Source: Octopus sinensis
Lineage: Eukaryota
Reading direction: 5' to 3'
Length of the DNA stretch: 64,000 bases
Assembly (NCBI RefSeq): GCF_006345805.1
Contig: NC_042999.1
Location: 158,782,001-158,846,000, forward strand
Below, piece by piece: positions 26,843-39,039 of this stretch (its first letter is position 1; every line of letters starts with the position of its first letter). The translations under genes were made by a program, and so were the position numbers. A model generated the notes under the pieces. It was not told where the DNA came from, searched no databases, and saw nothing but the letters and a program-made list of their open reading frames with translations.

Positions 26843-27490
26843 CAGACGTGTCTGTGTGGTAAGAAGCTTGCTTCCCAAACAACATGGTTCTGGGTTCAGT
26901 CCCACTGCATAGAACGCACCTTGGGCAAGTGACTTCTACTATAGCCCGGGACGACCAAAGCCTTGTGAGTGGATTTGGTTGACGGAAACTGACCGAATCC
27001 CGTATATATAGATATATATATATATATTATATATATATATATATATGAATAAATGAAGAATGGAGTCGAACGAAGATGTTAACAAAATTCCTTTACTATC
27101 GACACATGTTTCGAAGACAGCATGTTTTCATTCCAAAGGAATAAAGGGTGCATTATGCAATCTTCCATGCTGACGATAAATATAGGATAATTCATTCACC
27201 TACTTAAATATAATATATATATGTATATATATATACAGAGAGAGAGAGAGAGAGGGGGGAAGGAGAGACAGAGATATTTATTTAGTTATGTGTGTGTGAA
27301 TTTGTGTCTGCGTTTGTCCCTTGCGATCGCTTGAGCAACTATGTTGGTGTGTTTACGTCTTTAAACTAGCGGTTCGTCAAAAGAGAACGATAGAACAACT
27401 ACTAGGCTTACAAAAATAACCCTGGGGTCGATTTCCTCGACTAAAAGGTCTTCAAAGTGATGCTCCAGCAATGACTGAAATGACTAAGTA
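26843..27490 (+). mobile_element. SINE family A interrupted within its internal (TA)n by a PLE-terminus-like fragment
   Basis: Head 26843-27000, insert about 27045-27200, tail 27290-27490. Confidence 0.7.
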
Positions 27491-27492
27491 AA

Positions 27493-27524
<32 letters not shown>

Positions 27525-27911
27525 TACATACATATATATATATATATATAATATATATATATACAAATAGATAGACATGTGTATATGATGTATATATATA
27601 TATATATATATATCCTCACACACATACATACATACATACATACATACATACATACTACATACATACATACATACATACATACATACATACATAGAAAGAC
27701 ACCAGTTAAGTTATATATACTTAACATCTGAGGAAGTATTTTCTGTCCTTAATTTAAGAAGGGCATAAAGTAAAAGTACACAGCCTGAGCATACCCGTTC
27801 TTCGAAGAAATTAAAATTGCGTTCCGTGAATTCATCTATGCTCATGATACATATGCATATATACATGTGTACACACACACACACACAGATACACACACAT
27901 GTGTGTGTGAG

Positions 27912-27942
<31 letters not shown>

Positions 27943-27946
<4 letters not shown>

Positions 27947-29207
27947 ATAGTAAAGTGTGAAAAAACGACAGAAGGCTTAAATGTTAAAAAATATATATAT
28001 TTGTGTCAAAATATCTGGAGAATATTGGAAAGATTTTTTTCCCTTCCTTAAAATGACATAATTTTAAAATTTTTAAGAAATTACCGGTTTCGCGTGTAGC
28101 TTTTCAAATTTCTTGTGACGTTATGTTTATATATTGGCATGGAGTTATCGTTGTATTTATTTTCAGGAGATTCTAAATAAGGGGAGGTATGAGTGATTTC
28201 TTCCGGTGTAAGGAGATAATCGCTTAATTTTTTTTCCCTTTTCCTTGTTCATTTCTCTGTTGTCAGTATGTTCGGATGGTTTTTCCCTTTCCCTTTCCCT
28301 CATCACCCGAATTTACCAATACTTCATAAAAACCCAAAATTAAAGGAAATTCTAAACATACACCAAATCATTAAAGCTACAAACAGCCTAAATCACTTTA
28401 AAGATTCTCACAAGGCAAAATTGTCTTCTAAAATTACGGATGCAAAAGTAAAAAAATGTGGTAGATCGAACTGTGCAACATGTCCTAACCTATTGGAAGG
28501 ATCAGAATTCTTCTTTAAAGAGGGACAGAAATTCAAGATCAAATCTAACTTTACTTGTGCCTCTGAAAACATAATTTATGTCATTAAATGCTCGGGCTGC
28601 CACCAAGACTACGTGGGTTTCCACGGGACTATCACTCAGGCGTAGATGCACACTGCATCGACAACAGATTGCATTCCCAGAATATAGAATGATACTTTTA
28701 GTGAGCACATTGAGAAATGCGCAAAGCAACTACTGCCACAATTTTAATCTTCCCATTTTACCAATGTGCTTTCGGATCATCAACACAAATGAGACTGAAC
28801 AAGAAAACTTCTTCATTGAAAGTACAAACCCAGACTCAACCATCCGAACATACTGACACAGAGAAATTAACAAGGGAAAGGGAAACCCATCCGAACATAC
28901 TGACACAGAGAAATGAACAAGGGAAAGGGAAAAAAAATTTAAGCGATTATCTCCCTTACACCGGAGAAAAATCACTCACTCACTACCTCCCCTTATTTAG
29001 AAATCTCCTGAAAATAAATACAACGATAACTCCATGCAATAAAACATAACGTCAGAAGAAACCGGTAATTTCTTTAAAAATTTAAAAATTATGTCATTTT
29101 AAGGAAAGGGAAAAAAATTTTCCAATATTCTCCAGACATTTTGACACAAATATATATATTTTTTAACATTTAAGCCTTCTGTCGTTTTTTCACACTTTAC
29201 TATTTTC
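27943..29207 (+). mobile_element. 5'-truncated Penelope-like element (GIY-YIG remnant) with inverted upstream copy of its 3' terminus
   Basis: KCGRSNCATC...SNFTCASENIIYVIKCSGC..DYVG GIY-YIG at about 28430-28830; 27943-28293 is the reverse complement of about 28870-29207; flanked by (TA)n. Confidence 0.88.
28075..28114 (-). ncRNA. Degenerate minimal hammerhead ribozyme in PLE terminal repeat
   Basis: AAGAAAU-UUGAAAA-GCUACACGC-GAAACCGGUA-AUUUCUU: perfect 7-bp stem I, with a core two transitions from CUGAAGA. Confidence 0.6.
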
Positions 29208-29246
29208 TTATATATTCACCCACGTGCTTTACCACAAACTTTCTTA

Positions 29247-29291
<45 letters not shown>

Positions 29292-29302
29292 ATTTATATG
29301 CG

Positions 29303-29339
<37 letters not shown>

Positions 29340-30365
29340 GCATCTATGTATGTATGTCTGCATCCGTGCCTGCATATATGTATATAAACTGGTCCTCAGT
29401 CCAAATATGCTTGGGGCATATATAAATCTTCAAGAAAGCCGTTCACTGTATTTTGTCATGGATGTATATATGTGTGTCCATATACATATACGCATTCCTG
29501 CTTTATTCTGTTTGTATAATATAATTATTTCATTTTGTCTGTATGTCCACGTTATGTTGTGCTTGTTTTTGACACCGTCCATTTTTTAACCCTCTCGCTT
29601 TGAGCTGCAAGGAATTATTCTATGTTACTTTATTTGTATAATGTATATTTATTACATTTTAGTTTGTACGTTCACTATTTGTCGTTTTTGCTTCCTTGTT
29701 TATTTGTTCGCTATTTCCCAATGTCTTCTCGTCGTTGACGCCACTAAAAGGAAATAACATCATCGTCAAAGGCGTGAAATTGTTGAGATTCTTTAGACGA
29801 TAACTGATGAGAATTTAGCGACATTTTATCTGTGTATTTTCTGTTTGTTCTGTTCGTTTGTACTTCTATATAATTTTTTAACACACATTATGTGTGTATG
29901 TGTATGGATGGATAGATAGATGCATTCATATACGTATGTATTTTGCAAATAAAGTTATCTTTACAAAAGGGATTCTCTTACAAACATATATATACACATA
30001 TAGACAGTGGAGTAAGAATACTGTTTGACATATAAGTTTTTTAATTTAAGGCCTTAGCGGAATGTGTAAGTAACATAAAGATAAGTAGATAGATGCATAA
30101 AGTTATAAGTAAAGAGAGATAGAGACACGTGTGTCGCTGAATATGTATACACACACGCACACACACTCACGCGCACACACACAAACACACATATATGTAC
30201 ACAAATATATACAAATACACATATATATGCATATATATAAACGTGCATATAGATAGATATTATAGACATATATATATATATATATACATCTATACATGCA
30301 GATATATATTTCTATACACACACATACACACACACATATGTATATATGTGTATGTATGTTTGTAT

Positions 30366-30396
<31 letters not shown>

Positions 30397-30425
30397 CATA
30401 AATGCATGCGTACATATATATGCGC

Positions 30426-30513
<88 letters not shown>

Positions 30514-30516
30514 TAA

Positions 30517-30585
<69 letters not shown>

Positions 30586-31290
30586 CACACACACCTATAC
30601 ATACATATCACTGAACTGATGATACAATTCCCTCACAGGGAATGGTCTATATTTGGATCGATGAGTACTAACTGCGACGTAAATTGTCAAACATTGGCAA
30701 ATGTTTTATCTCTTATACCTCCACACAAACAAGAAAAACAAACTGTAACTTACACGTATATTGAGTGCTATAATTGTTCATTGAGTCACTCAGTCTACTG
30801 TTGCTAGTGTATACATATATAGACATATGAATATAAATATGCCTAGTTTTCTTACTTTTGTGATCATTGTTTTTATAACATTTTAAAATCTGTGGGTCTT
30901 ATACTGCACCCTCTACTCCACCTAATCTCTCTCTCCCCTTTTCTTTCTCTCTCTCTCTCTCTGGTCATTTAATCTCTTCCTTTATTTTTCTGCAATATGT
31001 TTATCTTCTGATGAAGTAATAACATCAGAAACGTCGAATGTTTCTTGAAACTTGTTTTTCTTGTATTCTTCTGTGTTTTTGTATTAATTGCCTCGATAAT
31101 ATACATATGCATATCTCATTAGCACGCGCGGACACACACACATATACACACACATACACACATACATACACACATACACACACAAATAAGCACACACACA
31201 CACACACACACACAAATAATCACACTTATATTTGTTTATTCGAAGAACATTATTAGCTGTATTGTAACTTATATGCATGTGGGTACGATT

Positions 31291-31446
31291 GGAGTGGGTG
31301 TGTGGTAAGTAGCTTGTTTACCAACCACATGGTTCCGGGTTCAGTCCCACTGCGTGGCACCTTGGGCAAGTGTCTTCTACTATAGGCTCGGGCCGACCAA
31401 AGCCTTGTGAGTGGATTTGGTAGACGGAAACTGAAAGAAGCCCGTC

Positions 31447-31488
<42 letters not shown>

Positions 31489-31717
31489 GTATGTGTGTGT
31501 ATGTTTGTATGTCTCTGTTTGTCCCCCCAACATCGCTTGACAACCGATGCTGGTGTGTTTATGTCCCCGTCACTTAGCGGTTCAGCAAAAGAGACCGATA
31601 GAATAAGTACTGGGCTTACAAAGAATAAGTCCCGGGGTCGAGTTACTCGATTAAAGGCGGTGCTCCAGCATGGCCGCAGTCAAATGACTGAAACAAGTAA
31701 AAGAGAGTAAAAGAGTA
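31291..31717 (+). mobile_element. SINE family A, full length
   Basis: Matches the family consensus. Confidence 0.9.
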
Positions 31718-32149
31718 TAGTCTGCTTGTTGTGTATATATCTGTATATGGCGACATTTATCTCTCAGCCTCTGACCGACAGCACCAACGGCCACGTTAGA
31801 AGTGGTGTATTCATGTCATCCATATTTGAATTTCCCCTGGAAATTCTGAGGTACAGTAAACGGCTTATCATTTAATTTCTACGGCTCCCATCATTTTCTG
31901 TAGAATCAATCAGATTATAAACCTGGGAGTACACATCTCTGTATATTACAATGAACGCATTTATGCATCTATGTGCGTAAAGTCTTTCGTGAATAAAGAA
32001 ACATTTTATGTTCAGTTAAGCTATTGACGAAGTTTTAGGATTTTACGCTTGCACTCGATTCTGGGTGCATAGTTTCGTATATCGTATCAAGGTTCAAGCT
32101 AATGAAGGCGATCATGTAACTTCTGTTGTCATTCTTTTTTAATTAATAG

Positions 32150-32247
32150 TATTACTCTATGCTTATTTCATGCTTCAAATAAAAGAAGATGGCATTGAAT
32201 ACTTCAAACCACGCCGGCTGATTTTAGTAATAGAATTCATTACGAGT
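32150..32247 (+). CDS. Candidate internal exon of a membrane protein (channel-like S2-S3 segment)
   Basis: TTCTTTTTTAATTAATAG acceptor, GTAAGT donor, frame LLYAYFMLQIKEDGIEYFKPRRLILVIEFITS open across the whole exon. Confidence 0.42.
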
Positions 32248-32365
32248 GTAAGTATATTCTGTTTTAAAAGTGGTTATTGATAATGCTAAGGCAATGCGGA
32301 TGTAGGCGAGAAATACAAATATGCACACACACACACACACACACATACACACACACGCATACACA

Positions 32366-32397
<32 letters not shown>

Positions 32398-33026
32398 TGC
32401 ACGCACAAACACGACGAGACTCCTTCAGTTTCCGTCTATCAAATCCACTCAGAATCTGAGAGGATATCAGACGACACTTGCACAAGATACTGAACAATGG
32501 GACTGAACTCAGGACCACGTAGATGAGAAACAAACTTTTCACATCCACAACGATATCTATGCATATGCATTTGTGTATGCATCAGCCGAAATTGCGAGGA
32601 TGATCCGGTTCTTGACTGAAGATTGAAGGCTTCTAATATCCAGGCCGTTTTTTTTGTGTCGTCATCAAAATGTTTTGCGTTCTTGTCCCAGTTTGTATTT
32701 TATATGTGTGTGTACATGCATGTATGTATGTATGTATGTATGTATGTATGTATGTATGTATGTATGTATGTATGTATTTATGTATGTATGTAAGTAAATA
32801 AGTATGTATGTATATATGTACGTATATATACATATTTATGTATGAGTGTGTACGTGTGTGTATGCGTGTGTGCATATACATTTAAGAATGCCCGTTTCTT
32901 TGAAAGTCGAATACTTCCACAATTAGACCTATATTTATACGCACACATTCATTTTTGTTTTATACATACACAGTATGTATAGATAGTTACTTTCTACTTT
33001 CTGTCTGTCTATCTGCCCCCCCTCTA

Positions 33027-33095
<69 letters not shown>

Positions 33096-33162
33096 CGAAT
33101 GCGAGAGGATAGAGAATAGAAAAAGAATGAGAGAGATAGGAGAGAGAGAGTAGAGAGTAACT

Positions 33163-33203
<41 letters not shown>

Positions 33204-33418
33204 CATATAAGCACAGATGAATATGCGTGCGTGTATGAATATATATAGTTATAGAATGTTTTATTTCCACAGAAACATGCATTGTTAAATACATATGCAT
33301 ATATATTTATTTCAAGTTAATAAGGTCTGCTACTCTTCTCACAAATGTAAATTCGAACAGGCACATACACAATACCTTGCAGCCATGCACGCGTGAACAC
33401 ACACACACACACGCAAAA

Positions 33419-33457
<39 letters not shown>

Positions 33458-33505
33458 CTCTCATTCTCTCTTTGCCCTCTCTCTCTCTCAGGCATATATA
33501 CATAC

Positions 33506-33740
33506 GTATGAGCTCACAGATGGGTTTCTCCCAATTTCGATATAGTTGTTCAAGCAGCTGATTTGCCTTTTCATTCCACATCCAGACCGTGCGTGTGGCT
33601 TTAGAGTAATTGTCTCGCAAAACCTGTGCGATGGACTTGTATAGAATTTCCTTCCGAGTAATTTCACTCAGATTGAATGTGACGACCCAAGGCATTGGTT
33701 GAATGTAATTTATAAAAGACGACACGCTCAGAGATCGAAT
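33506..33740 (-). CDS. Candidate coding segment, product unknown
   Basis: 78 open codons of complex sequence (PWVVTFNLSEITRKEILYKSIAQVLRDNYSKATRTVWMWNEKANQLLEQLYRNWEKPICELI) ending at a GTATGT donor; the acceptor is weak. Confidence 0.3.
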
Positions 33741-33979
33741 TCAAGAACTTGCAGCAATAAAGAGAACAGCTTCAATAAGCCATACTACACCTGTGCGTGC
33801 GTGCGTGTATGTGTGTGTGTGTGCGTGCGTGTGTATGAGTGTGTATATATGTGTGTATGTGTGTATATATACACACACAAATATGTACGTACGTAAGTAT
33901 GTATGTATATGTTTTCTAATTTTTAATTATTATAAATCTTCCACAAAGATATACGGTTCCATCTTTGAGATGTAGTTAA

Positions 33980-35150
33980 CAGACAAATCCACAATTGGCA
34001 CTTGAGAAAGTGTTGCATATCTTTAACGTTCCACTCACAGATTACACTTGTAATGTACGAATTAGCCGGTCGATTTCTCTTTCTGAAAATACCAGTTTAT
34101 CCAGATTCTCATTTAAGCATTTACTGACAAAATATAATATGAATCCATACTCTGGATATAGAAGCTGAAGGTTTCGAAGCAGTTGTCCATAGACATCCTC
34201 TTTCTCTTTGATTTTCAAAGAGATATTTTTATCTGTATGGCAGCTGACCTTTATGATGGTGCACATCTTTGGCCCTCTGTTCCAAACAACAATATCCAGC
34301 CTGTTATATTTACATTTGGCAGAAGTATTGATGGGAATATTCCACCAGCATTCCTTTAGTTAGTGTTTATGAATATACTCCATAATAGAGGGATTTTCTA
34401 AGTTTACTTCGGGACAGTCTTTTTTTGCGGATGGCATTGTAAATTGTGTTAGCAACAGCATCGTGCCGCATAGAGCAGCTGCTAATCATATTCGTGGTGT
34501 CTTTCACAGAAACATGACAGACTACATATGCGGTTGCACCTTGGGATTACAAGAACATTTCTGTTTCTCTTATTTACCAGGTGCTTTATAGCAATTACCT
34601 GTTCCTGGATTGCTAACGCATAGCCTTCAAAGTGTGATGCGATGTAGTGGTCTTGCGTCCAAAAGAGGCTGCGCTTCGTGTCAATTCTACTGTCTTCTTC
34701 AAGCTTCCGGACAACATACCCATGCATACTCTTTTTTGTACGCTTAGTGCTTTCCATCCAGGTCTTCTCTGAAGTAAGAGAGCCCAGCTGTTTTTGGGGC
34801 TGTATAGGAGATCACCAGACAGAGCGTACTTCTTGAGGAGCACACTGCCAACTCGCACAATGTTGCTCACTTCACTTTTCGGCACTGAATTTATATATCT
34901 ATTTTTGCTACTGTCTGGCAAGTGCTGCCTGAGTGACAAAAATCGGTTTGCAGTGATCTTAGGCTTCAACCACCTTAATTTCTTCTTAGGAAAAGTATAT
35001 CAACATCACTATGTACCGAGATTTTAATCCATTCTTGTTGCTTTTTTCCTATTTGTAATCACCCCACTTGTCGTATGGTTAACACCATATAGATATCCGG
35101 TGCATCCTAGTTAAGGACCATATTCATGTGAATTCTTTAGAATTCACTAG
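33980..35150 (-). pseudogene. R4/Dong-like retrotransposon 3' fragment (zinc knuckle and RLE endonuclease)
   Basis: MHGYVVRKLE, HFEGYALAIQEQ.I, RHD.VA, WWNIPI.T and KEKEDVYGQL motifs, decayed. Confidence 0.78.
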
Positions 35151-35169
35151 AATCTCAATTACTTAACCG

Positions 35170-35219
<50 letters not shown>

Positions 35220-35249
35220 AGTGTGTGTATGTGTATGTGTGTATATATA

Positions 35250-35289
<40 letters not shown>

Positions 35290-36189
35290 GTATGTATGTA
35301 TGTATGTACGTATGTATTAAGAACGTGATGCAGCTCTAAGATCCATGATACCACTCTAAACACAGTGGCACCTTTGGAACATAAATTTCCAGCAACATTA
35401 TTGTATTTGTTTCTTTTGCATAGAAGCTGAACTTCTACGCCAAAGAATATGTCTGACAATATCTTTCTTTGCTTAAAATTTCTATTTGATCATATGAATT
35501 TTTTTTTCTTCAAAATATCTCTCCAACAGCGATATTTCGATATTATCAACAAAGCAATTATTGATGTTAATGATGACATAGTTATCAGCCATGTTGTGTA
35601 TAGAGATTCTTTACGCGATAAATTCAACGCTGAATAAAAGATCCGGAATCGATGGTTTCTTTAATGAATGCGATCTGGAAACATCACAAGAAAAAGCTAA
35701 TTTCGTTACATGATATGCATGTCTCATTAACGGTGGTGTAATTTCGATGAATAGTAGCGCATTACAAGAACGAAGGAACTAAAACCATGTATGTTTGTAT
35801 ACCTTTTTTTATGTATTAGAGTTCCTCTCTGTAGGATCAATGTAAATTCTAGCAGACGGGCAGAAGTCCTATTACTAAAATTGAAAAAAAAAAGCAATAA
35901 CTGTTATATAATGCACTTTAAGAAAGATTTGAATATTAATACTCCACAAATGTACTGTTTCTTTACTTGAAAATCCTAGCCTTTCCTGAGTGTCGCTTAG
36001 ATATTTGGAAAGCCATATAAATCAATGATATTTGCATTAAATGCTAATTTATAAAGACGGGAGAGGAACTTTAGGTTTCAAGCAGTTGTTCACAAACATT
36101 TCAATTGTTGCTGATTTTGTAAGAAATATTCATACCTGCAGGGTAGCTAAGTTTTGTGTGTTATTATTGAAGCATTAATATTTTGCATC

Positions 36190-36221
<32 letters not shown>

Positions 36222-36605
36222 TGTATGTATGTATGTATGTATGTATGTATGTATGCATGTATGTATGCATGAATATATGTACGTATGAAAGTATGTATGT
36301 ATGGCTTATATATAAGAGAGATGCACACGCAGACACACATGCATGTATAAATACATACACTATAAAATATGTAAGATTATATTGTGGGCTTGAGGACTAT
36401 TTATCCGCTAGGTATATCACGTGTAGCTAGTATGTAACTACTTCGTGCTATCACATAGCTTTATAAAGAAGTAAGGTGTGATTGGATGGATATGTACTTG
36501 TCTCTAGCAGGTGCTTGCCAGTGCAATACCATTCGTCATCTTGCATACTTATGGGGAAAAGTTATTTAAAGGTGACTATCATATCCGTTTCCCGAGAGAA
36601 TGTGG

Positions 36606-36815
36606 CGGGGCTGAAAAGTTCCTGGCTATGGGTAAGAGAAAATATAGCATGATCAGTTAATTATGATTTTATACAACATATTCCCTTCTCAGATTCACAC
36701 TGTTACTGTAGCGGTCTTTCAGTTTTTCTAAGCCCTGTAAAAGAACACGGAAGGCTGGGCCTGCAGCCAGGTCTTTTGCGATACCCTTAAAGTCAGGAAC
36801 TTTTCAACATCCCCG
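36606..36815. mobile_element. Mariner-derived MITE
   Basis: TIRs CGGGGCTGAAAAGTTCCTGGCT / AGTCAGGAACTTTTCAACATCCCCG; the interior is the reverse complement of the mariner C-terminal remnant at about 45745-45870. Confidence 0.7.
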
Positions 36816-37182
36816 CGTTCTTCCCTATTTTGCGCTTCAGTCTTGCGATATAAAAATATCTTTGTGACAATTTTCAGTTAGTGCTGTAGCTATTTGATGG
36901 TGGTAGAGATATGTTGGTGATGGTGGTGCTGATGGCTAATTAATATAATGATTATTAATATTATTGTTAATATTGTAGCTGTTGTTATTCCGACGCCAGT
37001 CCACATCGACAAAAACTAAAGTCATTTCATCCGTGAACATGTTTTCTTTTAATATTCGCTGCAATTCAAGTTAGTAGTTGATGAAAATTTAACTGTAATT
37101 TCTAGCAGGTTGAGATAATCACGTAGATGTTGTTACGCTATTTTGAGTAATTCCATCATTGAAGATATCACAAGAAGAAAAA

Positions 37183-37327
<145 letters not shown>

Positions 37328-37333
37328 CATGTT

Positions 37334-37384
<51 letters not shown>

Positions 37385-37390
<6 letters not shown>

Positions 37391-37540
37391 AGGGAGAATT
37401 CACGAAAAAGACAAAGGTGAAGACAAATGGTGTGGAAAACAAACAGATGTATTAGTATAACGCTCGGGAATTGAAAATGTCTTTAAAGTTTCGAACCTAC
37501 GCTTTTCCACAGAAAGAAACAAGGAGAGAAAAAATGTGTA
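37385..37540 (-). mobile_element. Short PLE-terminus-like repeat with hammerhead-like fold (same family as 61370-61705)
   Basis: Reverse complement aligns with 61370-61705 over about 150 bp. Confidence 0.65.
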
Positions 37541-37790
37541 TAATGGCTACCGATCTATCATGGTGACTGCGGGACAGAAGGGGCACACAGGAGCGCGAAG
37601 AAGTAGGGGAGATGACAATTAAAGGTGATCCCAAAACGAAGGTGCGCGTGTGTGTAAGAGAGTACGTATGTGCGTTTGAAAGAGGGCTAGTGGTCTTGAC
37701 GTGTGCGTGTGCGTGTGTGTATGTGTAGGTGTGAAAATGTGGAGATAGATAGATAGAAAGGTAGATAGATAGATAGAGAGACAGACAGAC

Positions 37791-37853
<63 letters not shown>

Positions 37854-38551
37854 CAGAATGATAGATAGATAGATAGTTATGTACGTGTGTATGCGTGTGT
37901 CACACATGCAGTGCCTCTGTCTTGTCCACTCAATTTATAACGTTCTCTCAAGCGTTCTGTTATGCATTTTATTTTCTTTCTCATGCCCTTGAATTCAATA
38001 GAGAGCTGCGAAAGGGAGATCATTATAACACAAAATGTACCAAAGTTTCTGTAGCAATGCAAAATTTAAAACGAAGGATTAATTCATAGAAAATTATTAC
38101 TACTCTATATATGTATAAAATAAATATTATGTTATGCAAATTTTCCCTTACAGGGAGGCACCCATTTAATATATACAAAATCAAACGCGGGCACAGATGC
38201 GGGACAAGGTTTTATATAAGTCCGTACACATACAGACATACACACATATATATATACATTTATACACATGCACTCACAGTTATACATATGTATACAGTTA
38301 TATATGTTTGTGTGTGCGTGTATATATATTTATATATATATATATATATATGTTTGTGTGTGTTTTTTGTAGGCATACTGGGATTTTGTTACTCATCACG
38401 GGTATTTAAAGTTTATATAGAATAAATTATATATCTAGGAACATACACAGCGCCGCTGCAAACGCTATATTTTCATCCGTGCATGGGAATGTTTCAATAT
38501 GAACATCACAGAAACATTATATATACATAATACTTATGTGTGGTTGTGTAG

Positions 38552-38835
38552 CACCTTGGGCAAATGTCTTCTACTATAACTTCGGGTTAACCAAATGTTC
38601 TTGAGTGGATTTGGAAGACAGAAACTGAAAGGAGCTCATCGTATGTATATGTACATATCTATGTGTGTGTGATTTTGTATCTGTGTTTGTCCCCAATTAT
38701 CGCTTCCCAACCGGTGTTGGTGTGTTTACGTCACGGTAAGTACTAGACTTAAAAAGAAAGTCCTGGAGCTGATTCGTTCGGTTAAAACCTTTTAAAGCGA
38801 CGGTCCAGCATGGTCGCAGCTAGATGATAGACACA
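38552..38835 (+). mobile_element. SINE family A, diverged
   Basis: CACCTTGGGCAAATGTCTTCTACTATA body and family tail. Confidence 0.75.
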
Positions 38836-38862
38836 AGAAAAGGATTATAAGTGTGTATATAT

Positions 38863-38942
<80 letters not shown>

Positions 38943-39039
38943 GGGGTGAGAATAAGAAGACAAAATAACGAAACTGCACATTGGAAATCAAAAAAGTAAA
39001 GGCTTTTTTTATGAACAATAACAATAGATATATACAATT

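Noticed and set aside
19952-31717. Regularly recurring near-identical segments suggesting a CRISPR-like array
   Set aside because: They are dispersed SINE copies in both orientations, with no repeat-spacer periodicity or cas genes.
35449-35700. Protein-like frames on both strands (RYFDIINKAII...; WLITMSSLTSIIALLII...)
   Set aside because: Several frames are partly open, none has a matched acceptor and donor, and no family was recognised.
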